A stretch of 64,000 nt of DNA from a virus (taxonomy: Duplodnaviria; Caudoviricetes). Position 1 is the stretch's first letter. Each line of letters opens with the position of its first letter. Location: the IMG/VR virus record IMGVR_UViG_3300008267_000012. One strand, written 5' to 3'. Below the pieces are notes generated by a model. The model had not been told where the DNA came from. It worked only from the letters and a program-made list of their open reading frames with translations, and ran no database searches. Shown here one piece after another: positions 8,815-19,183 of this stretch. The translations under genes and the position numbers were made by a program.

Positions 8815-10866
8815 ATGAGTTTCATACAAAAAAACGATTCAGTTATAATTAATACAAAACTGACAAATATAGGAAGACAATTACTTGCTTCAGGTAATTT
8901 AACATTTAAAAAAATTGAATTTGGGGATTCAGAAGTTGACTACAACTTCCTTAGAGATTTTGATACCACTATTGTAGGTACAGACCTTTCAATTATGCGA
9001 CCAAAAGATGCTAATCCAATTATTAAATATCCTATACCTGTTTTAGAAACAGATGCAACAGGAACAAAATCTGATATAAATAAATTAACACCCGATATTA
9101 GGTTAGTTGTTAATACAGCAAAACAAAGAGGATTTTTTACAGGGTCAACATCATTAGGTTTTACAGCATTAACATCTACTACATATATTTTAAATAAATT
9201 TAATGTAGCAACTAGTAGTGTATCAGGTGGTACAGTTTTGAATGTTCCATCTGTAACAAATATTACAGCAGGTACAATGCTTTTAATTGATTGGAGAAAT
9301 CCAGAATTAACATTTACAGATACAACAGGTACTATTGGAGAAAACTATCCAAGACAATTTCTTTGGTACAAAGTACAGTCTGTTGTAGGTAGTGCCGTTA
9401 CTGTTGATAGAGCGTTACCAAACTTTAATAACGCAATAACAGCAAATGATTCTGTTGTATATGTCTATCCACCAAATAATGCAATTGATAATTATTATAG
9501 TACAGGAACTACAGTAGCTTATTGGAATTACAATACTCTAGCATTTGATTCAACATGTAATATTGGACAAAATGATGATGTGGTTGTTTGGAATATGAAT
9601 ATTGTATATAAAGACACTCCAATTGGAGTGACTAGTGACTATACTTCACAATATTATGATGGTGCAATTTTTTCAGGATTTAAAGAATATATTCAAGGAG
9701 AAACTGATAACTCAGTAAAGTCTCAATTCGCTATAATTCACTATACAAATAAATCAATTTCAAATTATTATGGTGAAGCATTTTATAATGATACATTTAA
9801 ATTGACATTACCAACAATTATGTATCACGGTAAAAAAGATAGAACAATGGGTATTGTTTTATCAGCCTCAACTAAGAGAACAGTATTATCACTTACACTA
9901 CCAAACTTTTCTACAGAATTTTATGACCTTGTTGAAACAACCTCACAAAATGTAGTTGGCAAAGTATTTAATGATTTAAGAATCGCAGTAATTGAGGATG
10001 AAGAGTTAGTAAATGTTCTTGCACTTAAAAGTGATAGGTCACACACCTTACCACCAGCTACTTGGTCTTTAAAAAATGAATTAAGTTCCACAGATGCTTT
10101 ATTGCCACAAAATGGTAATAAATACATTGCTTTAACTTATTTATTTACAAATGAAAATATCTCCAATGGCTACAACTCAAACCGAAGCTTTGGTTTAAAT
10201 GGTGGTATTCATTGTGGATATGTTGAATATCTTTATCCAACAACTACAGAACCAAACAATGTAACCTTTTACTTTAAAGATGCTGATTTAAAATTTATGG
10301 AGTCAAATGTTACAACAAACGTAGATGGTACAGGATTTAATGTAAATAAATTTTATGTTTTAGCACAACTAGTTGATATTAATACTTTCCCAAACCCAAA
10401 AACATGGAGATTAATTGATTATACAGGTAATCTACCTGATGTTACAAACTGGACAGCAACAACAATGCCTGTAACAGCACTTACAAGTGGTTTCAATACA
10501 CTAACAAAAAGTCAATACACAGCAGCAACTATATATAATATTGAAAATTGGATTGGAACTTTACCAACCAACTTCAATTATCTTACAACACCTCAATTAG
10601 GATTTGGTGAAGAAAGTATCTTACTTGGTAATATTAATACCAATATAAAAGCTACCGTTTTTAAAACAAAAATTTCACATACTTTAGGATTTAGCAATTA
10701 TAACACATCAAACAACCCAACTTGGGATGTTGATGATGATATATATGTTACCGAAGCAGCTATTTACGACCAAAACAATTCTTTAGTTGCTGTTGGTAAA
10801 ATAAATAATCCTGTTAAAAAGAATACCAATAAATTATTTACAGTAGAATTAGATATGGATTTTTAA
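8815..10866 (+). CDS. Tail collar/fibre-base protein (DUF3751/P2 gpH N-domain-like termini with large insert)
   Basis: N-terminal KLTNIGRQLLASG..F.KIEFGDSEVDY and C-terminal YVTEAAIYDQNNSLVAVGK. The middle is Thr/Asn-rich and beta-like. Confidence 0.6.
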   Translation: MSFIQKNDSVIINTKLTNIGRQLLASGNLTFKKIEFGDSEVDYNFLRDFDTTIVGTDLSIMRPKDANPIIKYPIPVLETDATGTKSDINKLTPDIRLVVNTAKQRGFFTGSTSLGFTALTSTTYILNKFNVATSSVSGGTVLNVPSVTNITAGTMLLIDWRNPELTFTDTTGTIGENYPRQFLWYKVQSVVGSAVTVDRALPNFNNAITANDSVVYVYPPNNAIDNYYSTGTTVAYWNYNTLAFDSTCNIGQNDDVVVWNMNIVYKDTPIGVTSDYTSQYYDGAIFSGFKEYIQGETDNSVKSQFAIIHYTNKSISNYYGEAFYNDTFKLTLPTIMYHGKKDRTMGIVLSASTKRTVLSLTLPNFSTEFYDLVETTSQNVVGKVFNDLRIAVIEDEELVNVLALKSDRSHTLPPATWSLKNELSSTDALLPQNGNKYIALTYLFTNENISNGYNSNRSFGLNGGIHCGYVEYLYPTTTEPNNVTFYFKDADLKFMESNVTTNVDGTGFNVNKFYVLAQLVDINTFPNPKTWRLIDYTGNLPDVTNWTATTMPVTALTSGFNTLTKSQYTAATIYNIENWIGTLPTNFNYLTTPQLGFGEESILLGNINTNIKATVFKTKISHTLGFSNYNTSNNPTWDVDDDIYVTEAAIYDQNNSLVAVGKINNPVKKNTNKLFTVELDMDF

Positions 10867-10867
10867 T

Positions 10868-12121
10868 ATGGGTTTTATACCAAGTTCATCAACAAGGACA
10901 TTATATGCTTATTTAACACAAACAGGAAGATATAACCTTCTTTTTGGGGATTCTGCTGCTTCTAAAGTTGCAAAATTTACACTACATGATAATGATATAA
11001 ATTATGATATAGCTTCTAATATTATAAATTTTAATTACAATAAATTAGCAAGAGGTTTTGTTCCTGATATTACAGGTGATAATGATGATTGTATTAGAAG
11101 CGTTGCTCAAGCATATATTGTTGATGAGAACAGTTATTTAATTTGGGGAGGTGTACCACCATCAACACCACCTCCACCAACACCAACACCTCCAGGTTCA
11201 GGCCCACCTCCACCTGCAATTCCATATCCTATTGCAGATTTTTCAGCATCAACCAATTCAGGTCTTGTTCCATTAACAGTTGCGTTTACCGATATGTCAG
11301 TAAATATGGCAACAGATTATAACCCACTTACATGGGAATGGGATTTCCAAAATGATGGTACTGTTGATAGTACAGACCAAAATCCAACATTTACATATAA
11401 TACACCAGGTATATATGAGGTATCATTAAAAGCAAGTAATTTCTATGGTATAAATATTAAAACAAAAACTAGCTATATCAATGTTACAGCACCTGTTCTT
11501 AGAAAAATGAGAATAGAATTTGATTATCCAACCAATCTAATTAACGGAGACTCAAGTTGGGATACTGCAAGCGATTGGCTTCATAGGCAAACAGTAACAT
11601 CAACTCCACCTGCGTATAATTCTAGAACAAATTGGGTATTTGGTAGTAAAGTAATAAATCAAGGTCTAAATGGTGGTAGTAAAGACCCTAGATTTTACAT
11701 TAGATTAAAGGTTGACCCATCTGAAGCAGACCAAACATCACCAATTACACAAGCAGAAAAAGAATCCGCAACATTTACTATTAAATTAGAACAACCTTTT
11801 ACTGATTTTAATTATATAACTACTATTCAATCTACTACTTGCTATTTTAATTCTATAGGTGATACTTGTAGTTTAAGTTTTGGAACAATACCAAATCCTC
11901 TTCAGAATATTCTTACTTTTTACATTAACCAAACTTGGATTAATCAAAACTATACAACAATTAATAATAACCCAGTGGTTAATATTAATCAAATTATACA
12001 ACAACCATTTAATATAGATTTTAATTTTAAAATTGAATCTAATTCACCTAACGTGGTAATACCACCTGATAAAAACACTTATAATTATGCAGCACGATTC
12101 CAAGCATTTAGAACAGCATAA
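10868..12121 (+). CDS. Modular tail appendage protein 1 (shared anchor + Pro linker + PKD domain)
   Basis: MGFIPSSST anchor module, Pro-rich linker, then a canonical PKD domain (PIADFSAS...LTVAFTD.S...WEWDF.NDGT.DST.QNPT.TY..PG.Y.V.L). Confidence 0.7.
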   Translation: MGFIPSSSTRTLYAYLTQTGRYNLLFGDSAASKVAKFTLHDNDINYDIASNIINFNYNKLARGFVPDITGDNDDCIRSVAQAYIVDENSYLIWGGVPPSTPPPPTPTPPGSGPPPPAIPYPIADFSASTNSGLVPLTVAFTDMSVNMATDYNPLTWEWDFQNDGTVDSTDQNPTFTYNTPGIYEVSLKASNFYGINIKTKTSYINVTAPVLRKMRIEFDYPTNLINGDSSWDTASDWLHRQTVTSTPPAYNSRTNWVFGSKVINQGLNGGSKDPRFYIRLKVDPSEADQTSPITQAEKESATFTIKLEQPFTDFNYITTIQSTTCYFNSIGDTCSLSFGTIPNPLQNILTFYINQTWINQNYTTINNNPVVNINQIIQQPFNIDFNFKIESNSPNVVIPPDKNTYNYAARFQAFRTA

Positions 12122-12126
12122 ACAAT

Positions 12127-12537
12127 ATGGGATTTATACCAAGTTCATCAACACAATCAGTTAACGCTTACCTAACTCAATCAGGTAGAAAAAAGTTATT
12201 ATATTCATCAGCAAGTGAATCACAAATAACATTTTTTACTTTACATGATAATGATATAAATTATTTAATTTCATCAAAAGTTGATGACATAACTTTAACA
12301 TATAATATACTAAAAAATGGTTTTGTTCCTGATATAACAGGTGACAATGATATTTGTATTAAAAGTGTAGCACAAGCATATGAAGTTAATAAAAATAGTT
12401 ATTTAATCTATGGTGGTGATTTAGTTGTGCTTACGGCAAATACAGGAACAACAACTACAGGTCCAGGTGGTGGAACACCAGGACCAGGACCAGGCACAGG
12501 AACACCAGTAGGGGAAGAGCCACCAATAGGAGGGTAA
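12127..12537 (+). CDS. Modular tail appendage protein 2 (anchor + Gly/Pro tail only)
   Basis: Same anchor module followed only by a TTTGPGGGTPGPGPG tail; 136 aa. Confidence 0.6.
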   Translation: MGFIPSSSTQSVNAYLTQSGRKKLLYSSASESQITFFTLHDNDINYLISSKVDDITLTYNILKNGFVPDITGDNDICIKSVAQAYEVNKNSYLIYGGDLVVLTANTGTTTTGPGGGTPGPGPGTGTPVGEEPPIGG

Positions 12538-12556
12538 AATTTAACTAATTAGTAAT

Positions 12557-13363
12557 ATGGGATTTATACCAAGTTCATCAACAATACAACTTTATGCATA
12601 TTTCACCGATTATGCAAGAGAAAGAATTTTTAATGGTGATGTTCCTGATTTTGAAATTACTCAATTTAGTTTACACGATGAAGATATAGATTATCAAATT
12701 AGTAAAGTAGTTATTGGTCAAGATGCTTCAGGTTATAGCATTTTTAATACATTAAAATCAGGATTTCTACCTGATTATACAGGTGATAATGATATTTGTA
12801 TTAAAAGTAATAAAGGTATGGTTATACTTGGTAAAAACACTTTAACAGGTACAACAACTATACAAGTACCACCTACACCATCTCCAAATCCACCACCATC
12901 TCCAAATCCACCACCATCTAGTAGGTCATTAAATATTGGTTTTGCAAGTGGTACTAATACACCAATTGATGATTATGGTTCATCAGCAAATGTAAATAAA
13001 AAGAATTTTAGTTATAATTTTAATGTTGATTTAGTACAAAATATTGGTGAATCTAATCCAACATCAGCAGAAATAGCAACTACATCATTTATTATTGAAC
13101 TAGTAGAACCACCATTATCACCTGTCGTATTAAACGGAAGTGTTAAAGTTAATAATATTGCATTACCAACAACTGTAAGTTTTACTAATAATGCAACTTT
13201 AATCGCTACATTATCATTTAATAGAGATAGTACTTACAATCCAAATCCAGCAGAGATTGATTATACTGAGATAAAAATTAAATTAACATCAACAAATCCT
13301 AATAGACCAATTGACCCAACAAAATCAATATTTATATACAGAGCAAACATTTATTCGGCATAA
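12557..13363 (+). CDS. Modular tail appendage protein 3 (anchor + Pro linker + Ig-like domain)
   Basis: Same anchor module, PSPNPP x2 linker, beta-rich C-domain of about 140 aa. Confidence 0.6.
   Translation: MGFIPSSSTIQLYAYFTDYARERIFNGDVPDFEITQFSLHDEDIDYQISKVVIGQDASGYSIFNTLKSGFLPDYTGDNDICIKSNKGMVILGKNTLTGTTTIQVPPTPSPNPPPSPNPPPSSRSLNIGFASGTNTPIDDYGSSANVNKKNFSYNFNVDLVQNIGESNPTSAEIATTSFIIELVEPPLSPVVLNGSVKVNNIALPTTVSFTNNATLIATLSFNRDSTYNPNPAEIDYTEIKIKLTSTNPNRPIDPTKSIFIYRANIYSA
12878..12919 (+). repeat. 18-bp tandem repeat encoding a PSPNPP linker
   Basis: ccatctccaaatccacca x2 followed by ccatct. Confidence 0.9.
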
Positions 13364-13365
13364 CT

Positions 13366-14979
13366 ATGGGATATATAAAACAATCAGATAATAAAAAAAT
13401 ATATGCATATCTAACACAATTAGGTAAAGAAAGATTTATTACAGGTGAACTTGAAGATTTTCAAATAAAATATTTTAGCTTGCATGATGATGACATTAAT
13501 TATTATATTGCCTCTAAAAACATTAGCGCAGCAACTTATAATATACCTAAAAGCGGTTTTATATCTGATGTTACAGGTGATGATGATATATGTTTATCAA
13601 ATGTATCTGATGCAACATTATTAAAAAATAAATTAATTTATTTCCCACCAATAGTTGTACCACCAGGAGAATTTGCTGTTTTTACTTCTTGTACAGACAC
13701 TATTGGTAATGAAAGATTTAGTATTACCGTTTATAAAGACCCTGCTCCGCAAGGTTACTCTTGGTTTGTAACAATAGATACAATATCTTTTCCAAATTCA
13801 GATTCAACAATTGATGATGTTATAATAATATCAACAGAAGATAGTGAAAAATATCCACTTAATAGTAATCCTGTATCTTTTAACGCAAGTATGAAAAGAA
13901 CTGTATCGGATGGAAGCGGTGGATTCACTACTGTACTATTAGGTGAAGATTTCTTTCCAAGAGCAGGAGATGCGTATAATTTTACAGTAAAAGTAGTTAA
14001 TGATAATACAGATGAAATTGTGTTTACTAAAGAATTTAAAGACATAAATTGCTCAAAGAAATTATTTGCAATTGGTGTTATCCACCCAGATGATTTAGCT
14101 GCAAGTGATAATAGTGATTATACATATAATTCACCAATGCCTGTAGAGGATTTCATTCCTCTTCTTCCTGATATTAAATTATCAAGAACAAAAACAGGTA
14201 TTGCTCTTTGGGTTATTGATAATGGGAACAGAAGAAGGGATTTAAATTTCACACAAGAAGATTTAGACAAAGATTTAACTGTTAATAGGAGTTTTAATAA
14301 TTTTTTTCTAGACCTTAATACTCAATACGGTAACAGTCTTGGATATACTTATTTTCCGCAAGCAGCAGGACCTGCACAAATATTAACTGTAGGTAGTTTA
14401 TCTCAAAGTGCAATATCAATTGATTGGTTTGATAATAATACAAATGATTACTATCCAAATATAAGTGCTGATAGAGCAATTACTAGACCCTCTTTCATAA
14501 GATTTGATTTAAATGACCAATCGGATTGGTGGAATGGTGGTTATTCACCAGGTACTACTTATGATGATGCATATCAAGCAGTAAGACCACAAAATTACAA
14601 TGGTAATTCATTTACAGAAAAATTTTGCACCTTACACCCAACTGTTAAAATATTTAATGATTGGAAAAATGGTGCGGAAGGGTTTACTTTTAGATACTAC
14701 GAAATAGCATTAAGAGCCGAAAATTATCCACTTCAATCTTATGTAAGCACAATACCCAAAAAAGCTGGGACCACATATAATCATTTTTTAGCAACAAATG
14801 GTATAGGACCATCAGAAACTAGAATCGTTGGTAATACTTATGGTGGTACTGATATTGGTTCTGATTTAGTTAATGGTACTTATCAAAATGTAGGCGAATC
14901 TACAGCGGTATTTGAGTTTAGTTATTGCGTAAACCTTGTAGGTAATTATCTATGTTGTTTCTGGCCACAGCCTTGCTAA
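13366..14979 (+). CDS. Modular tail appendage protein 4 (anchor + large unique domain)
   Basis: MGYIKQSDNKKIYAYLTQLGK...FSLHDDDINY...GFISDVTGDDDICL anchor, then about 430 aa of unrelated Asp/Tyr/Trp-rich sequence ending CCFWPQPC. Confidence 0.6.
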   Translation: MGYIKQSDNKKIYAYLTQLGKERFITGELEDFQIKYFSLHDDDINYYIASKNISAATYNIPKSGFISDVTGDDDICLSNVSDATLLKNKLIYFPPIVVPPGEFAVFTSCTDTIGNERFSITVYKDPAPQGYSWFVTIDTISFPNSDSTIDDVIIISTEDSEKYPLNSNPVSFNASMKRTVSDGSGGFTTVLLGEDFFPRAGDAYNFTVKVVNDNTDEIVFTKEFKDINCSKKLFAIGVIHPDDLAASDNSDYTYNSPMPVEDFIPLLPDIKLSRTKTGIALWVIDNGNRRRDLNFTQEDLDKDLTVNRSFNNFFLDLNTQYGNSLGYTYFPQAAGPAQILTVGSLSQSAISIDWFDNNTNDYYPNISADRAITRPSFIRFDLNDQSDWWNGGYSPGTTYDDAYQAVRPQNYNGNSFTEKFCTLHPTVKIFNDWKNGAEGFTFRYYEIALRAENYPLQSYVSTIPKKAGTTYNHFLATNGIGPSETRIVGNTYGGTDIGSDLVNGTYQNVGESTAVFEFSYCVNLVGNYLCCFWPQPC

Positions 14980-14990
14980 TAATAAATCAA

Positions 14991-14999
14991 CTATTTATA
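14991..14999 (+). promoter_or_regulatory. Candidate late promoter CTATTTATA
   Basis: Motif 13 nt upstream of the ATG at 15013. Confidence 0.65.
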
Positions 15000-15012
15000 A
15001 TAAAAAAATATC

Positions 15013-16440
15013 ATGGCAATAGAATTAGGATTAAAAGCAATTGAAGCGTCAGCAGGTTTTAGAAAACAACCATATACGAACAGTTCAAATTTGTATGGTG
15101 ATAAATTATTATACACTTATGCAGAAAAAAGTTTAAAATCAACACCATATGGAAATTTATTTAAATCTTTTAACTTCCCGATTACAGTTGCAGAAAAAAA
15201 TGACTATACCACAAGATATGGTAATACAGCTTTAAAATGGTTAGATGTTGATAAAATAATTGTTATTGAAATACCGAAAGGTGAATATGGCGAATTAATT
15301 GATGGTAAAACATTTCAACTAACCCTTCCTGTTATACTAAATGGTGTTGAAACAGCCACAACTGTTTATGGAACATATTTTGGTTATGATGGTACAAATG
15401 CTATTAGTTTTCTTGGTAATGAGTTAAATAAAAGAAAAACCGAAAGAAATCCAAGTTATTTTGGTTTTGAACCAACTCAAGATAATGAATTCAATACAAA
15501 TGTGACTTTTTTATATTGTAATGATATTGCACCACCAAAAGATAAAGGAGACCAAATTACCGTTTTAACAGCAACAACTGTTACAATAACAGGTGATATT
15601 AGTAGTAAATTTATTTTTACTAGTGTAACACTTAATTCAAATGAAACAGTAAAAGTTAATTATACTTTAACAAATACCACTCTTGTAGACGATGTTGTAA
15701 TTGATGTTCAAAGTTTTCAATTGGCATCAGCTAATAATAAAAATGTTTTTAAAACAATAACTCAAGCTGGTATTGTATCAGTAAACGTAACTGCATATTT
15801 AATAAATCAAAGTGGACAAAATCCACCACAACCAAAAGAAATTACAATAACTATTGAAAAACAACAATCAGTTAATAATTTATCTTGGAATGTTTGGTCA
15901 GCAAATAATAAATTTCCAAAAACTGAGGGTGATGAAGGGCAAAAAATATATGCAGCATATGATAGTGTTAAATCAAATGGTGTTGTAATACCTGGTTTTG
16001 ACAAACCTGTAGGTATTTTATATCAAGATAAGGGTTTTGCTGTAATTACTGATTCAACTTTAGTAACAAATTTTAGGTATACGGCAGGTACTAGCACAGG
16101 GTTTAATAGCATTCCATCAGGTTCTCCATATAATGGTGATAATAACTTTGCTAAAATATTTTTTTCAACTCCAGGTATATCAAATTCTCAATTTGAGTCA
16201 CTTACAACTGAATTTGAGCAAAATATTGTTTGTCTTGCAAACGCAGGTGAATTTGTATCAACAACAAATTCAACATTTGAGGGTGCATATGAAGATGATG
16301 CTAATGAAAAACCTGTATTTATTACATCAATAGGTTTATATAATGCAGCAGGTGAATTAATTGGTATAGGAAAATTAAGTGAACCTGTTAAAAAACTACC
16401 AACTACTGTTGTACCATTCAATATTAGATTAGTAGTATAA
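15013..16440 (+). CDS. Tail collar/fibre-base protein with gpH-like C-terminal motif
   Basis: The C-terminal FITSIGLYNAAGELIGIGKLSEPVKK is homologous to the C-terminus of 8815..10866. Confidence 0.55.
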   Translation: MAIELGLKAIEASAGFRKQPYTNSSNLYGDKLLYTYAEKSLKSTPYGNLFKSFNFPITVAEKNDYTTRYGNTALKWLDVDKIIVIEIPKGEYGELIDGKTFQLTLPVILNGVETATTVYGTYFGYDGTNAISFLGNELNKRKTERNPSYFGFEPTQDNEFNTNVTFLYCNDIAPPKDKGDQITVLTATTVTITGDISSKFIFTSVTLNSNETVKVNYTLTNTTLVDDVVIDVQSFQLASANNKNVFKTITQAGIVSVNVTAYLINQSGQNPPQPKEITITIEKQQSVNNLSWNVWSANNKFPKTEGDEGQKIYAAYDSVKSNGVVIPGFDKPVGILYQDKGFAVITDSTLVTNFRYTAGTSTGFNSIPSGSPYNGDNNFAKIFFSTPGISNSQFESLTTEFEQNIVCLANAGEFVSTTNSTFEGAYEDDANEKPVFITSIGLYNAAGELIGIGKLSEPVKKLPTTVVPFNIRLVV

Positions 16441-16456
16441 AGCGTATTATATAAAC

Positions 16457-17077
16457 ATGGAAATTATTGATTTTAATGATTTGGGTATAATGATACCCAA
16501 GGATAAGGTATTTTTATCTTTTGACATATCAACAAGTTGCATTGGATTTTCAATGTATAATCAAAATTTTGACCTTATTTCAGTAAAAGCACTTAAAATG
16601 GCAACAAATAAAAATTGCGATGATGACCCTGAAATTATAAAAGGTGATGCGTTCAAAAAATTTGTTGAAGAATTAAAAATTTACGAAATTATTGATATTT
16701 TTGTTGAAGAACCATTGGTTAAGTCAAACAATGTTTATACTGTTAATAAACTATTAAAATTTAATGGAATTTGTTCATATATTTTAAGAGATACACTTGG
16801 TATTATTCCCAAGTTTTTAAGTGTTGACGAAGTTAGGAGAATTTTTTGCCCTGAGATGACCGAATACGATTCAAAAAAAAATAAATTTATTCTTAAATTT
16901 AAATCAAGAAAAATTGACCCAAAAACCTATATATTTGAAAAAGTAGCAATGGAATATGAAAATATTAATTGGATAACAAATAAAAATGGCAAGTTCAAAA
17001 CTGAGAATTATGATATAACAGATTCAATTGCACTTGCAAAAGCATCTTTTAAAAAACATTATGAAAAAGAATACTAA
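16457..17077 (+). CDS. ruvC: RuvC-like Holliday junction resolvase
   Basis: FLSFDISTSCIG (D), IFVEEP (E), YDITDSIALA (DxxD) form the RNase H-fold catalytic set. Confidence 0.8.
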   Translation: MEIIDFNDLGIMIPKDKVFLSFDISTSCIGFSMYNQNFDLISVKALKMATNKNCDDDPEIIKGDAFKKFVEELKIYEIIDIFVEEPLVKSNNVYTVNKLLKFNGICSYILRDTLGIIPKFLSVDEVRRIFCPEMTEYDSKKNKFILKFKSRKIDPKTYIFEKVAMEYENINWITNKNGKFKTENYDITDSIALAKASFKKHYEKEY

Positions 17078-17573
17078 AAAAGACGATAATAAAATTTATG
17101 TAGATTTATTAACAACTATCAACAGATTTTCATATTTTTCATGCGAAATGATTCTTCCCGAAGACATTGATGAATTCTTTGAAGAATATGCAAAAGAATA
17201 TGAAAATCCTGAAACATTCTTTGAATCATTAGACCCAATATTGGAACAGTCACAAAGGGTAATGTATTTAACAGGTACACTTGTTGATACAGAGTTTATT
17301 GACTTTATTAATACTTGGGAGCAAATTCCATTGGAAGATAAGAAAGAGCATGTTAAAAAGGATTTTATTGATTTATTAATTCCTGTTACCGTTCATTATA
17401 GTGGGGGTGACCAATTCACAACTCTATATGTGATTGACCTTTTTAAAATTAAGACAAAGAGAAGAAGAAAAACAGAGATTGAACTTCAATCTGAATTAGA
17501 TGAGGCTCTAAAAACAGAGAATTATGAATTAGCTGTTAAAATAAGAGAAAAAATCAAAAAGATTAAAAAATAA
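17061..17573 (+). CDS. Hypothetical protein with C-terminal UvrB/UvrC coiled-coil motif
   Basis: ELQSELDEALKTENYELAVKIREKIK matches the UVR motif. The start is likely MKKNT at 17061. Confidence 0.65.
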   Translation: MKKNTKKDDNKIYVDLLTTINRFSYFSCEMILPEDIDEFFEEYAKEYENPETFFESLDPILEQSQRVMYLTGTLVDTEFIDFINTWEQIPLEDKKEHVKKDFIDLLIPVTVHYSGGDQFTTLYVIDLFKIKTKRRRKTEIELQSELDEALKTENYELAVKIREKIKKIKK

Positions 17574-17575
17574 GT

Positions 17576-17583
17576 TATATTTG
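17576..17583 (+). promoter_or_regulatory. Bacteroidota-type -7 element TATATTTG
   Basis: Exact TAnnTTTG 4 nt upstream of the ATG at 17588. Confidence 0.55.
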
Positions 17584-17587
17584 TCGT

Positions 17588-19177
17588 ATGATTACCAAAA
17601 ATTATATATCAGCCGAAAACAGGGTTGATACAGCAATTGATGTTCTCAAACTTTGCATTAAGAATAATACATCAATTAATCAGACAGAACAATATGAAGG
17701 ATTTGTAAGAAAAGTTTTGGTTAGTAAAATAACAAAGAACACCAAAAATTACAAAAAATTATTGGATATATACAATGAATATTTAATTTCTAGAAAAAAT
17801 AATAGAAATATTATTGATAAATCAATTCATAAAACTGATGTTGATAAAGAAGAGTCTTATGATAACAGAAGTTCATGGGTAGCTAATCGTGATGATAATA
17901 ATAAAATCATTGACTACTCATTTACAATTTTTATACAAGGAGAAAAACCATACACTGGTAAACTTTCAAGAGAGCAACTTGAAACTATTCATAAATATTA
18001 CCCATATGTAACTATGATGAATGTTTCATCATATTTTCCATATTTAACATTTCAACAATTTAAGAGAATTTTAAGATGTTTTAATATTACAAAAGATATG
18101 TTATTTCCTTTGCATATTCTTGAAGAACATACAGAGGAAGAGATTGCTGAGTTTGCTTTAAAAAATAAAGCAAATATGGCTTTAAATAAAATTGTTGAAA
18201 AGAAAGCATCATTCATTGAAAAGAAATATTTTGAAAGTCAGGAAAAGATTCATGACCTTGAGAATATTCATAGATTTATTGATGAAACCATTGAAAAGTA
18301 TTATTCAAGAACCGAACAAGAACAAACACAATTCAATGATTTTGATTTCTTTGGTAGATATTCAGACATTTGTTATCTTTTCTTTTCAGATATACACTAT
18401 GGAAAGAAATATGAAAATCCTGTATTTGGAAGAGGATATAATAAAGATATTGCACATGAAAGAATGATTCAGATTGCAGAAAAGACAGTTAATTATATTA
18501 AATATAAAAATCTTAATAAACTTTACATTCTTTTTGGTGGTGATTTATTTGAATCTGTTATGACAAGTGGAATGAGAGCAGAGCATCTTAGAACTATGGA
18601 TTTAGTTGGTATTGACCAAATCCTTTTTGGTGTAGATTCTCAAATAGTTTTCTTAGAAACTTTAAGAAAAAATCTTGGAAAAGAATTTCCTATTATTATT
18701 ACATATATTGGCGGTAATCACGATAGAATAGGAAAGGATAGAGATGATGATTCCGAAAGAACAGGTTCAATGATTGCATATCACATGATTCAAAGGGATA
18801 TGAAATATGATGAATTTTTAAAAATAAATATTCCAAGAAAACCTGTATATATAGAAAAGATTCAAAATCATGAATTAAATGATTTGTGTATCATTGCACA
18901 TCATGGTGATGCTGAAATAATTAAAAAGAAAGGACATGAACTTGTTAATCTTTATGGTATTGGTACATCAGGATATCATTTAGTTATTAATGGTCATTGG
19001 CATTCAACGGAAATTTCATTCAATGCAGGTACAAATTATATGGAAATTTCATTACCATCAGTTTGTTCAGTAGATGAATTTATTTTGGATAGACTTGGTA
19101 ATAACCAACTACCAGGATTCCTTTTAGGAATTTGTGAAAATTCAGGGTTTAGTTTTTCAAACGAAGTTTTATATTAA
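17588..19177 (+). CDS. Calcineurin-like metallophosphoesterase with N-terminal extension
   Basis: All five motifs are present: SDIHYG, GGDLFE, GGNHDR, AHHGD, NGHWHS. Confidence 0.85.
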   Translation: MITKNYISAENRVDTAIDVLKLCIKNNTSINQTEQYEGFVRKVLVSKITKNTKNYKKLLDIYNEYLISRKNNRNIIDKSIHKTDVDKEESYDNRSSWVANRDDNNKIIDYSFTIFIQGEKPYTGKLSREQLETIHKYYPYVTMMNVSSYFPYLTFQQFKRILRCFNITKDMLFPLHILEEHTEEEIAEFALKNKANMALNKIVEKKASFIEKKYFESQEKIHDLENIHRFIDETIEKYYSRTEQEQTQFNDFDFFGRYSDICYLFFSDIHYGKKYENPVFGRGYNKDIAHERMIQIAEKTVNYIKYKNLNKLYILFGGDLFESVMTSGMRAEHLRTMDLVGIDQILFGVDSQIVFLETLRKNLGKEFPIIITYIGGNHDRIGKDRDDDSERTGSMIAYHMIQRDMKYDEFLKINIPRKPVYIEKIQNHELNDLCIIAHHGDAEIIKKKGHELVNLYGIGTSGYHLVINGHWHSTEISFNAGTNYMEISLPSVCSVDEFILDRLGNNQLPGFLLGICENSGFSFSNEVLY

Positions 19178-19183
19178 TAATAT

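Noticed and set aside
10868-14979. Diversity-generating retroelement or invertible shufflon behind the paralog array
   Set aside because: No reverse transcriptase, template/variable repeat pair, invertase or inverted crossover sites are visible. The similarity is limited to direct-orientation N-terminal modules.
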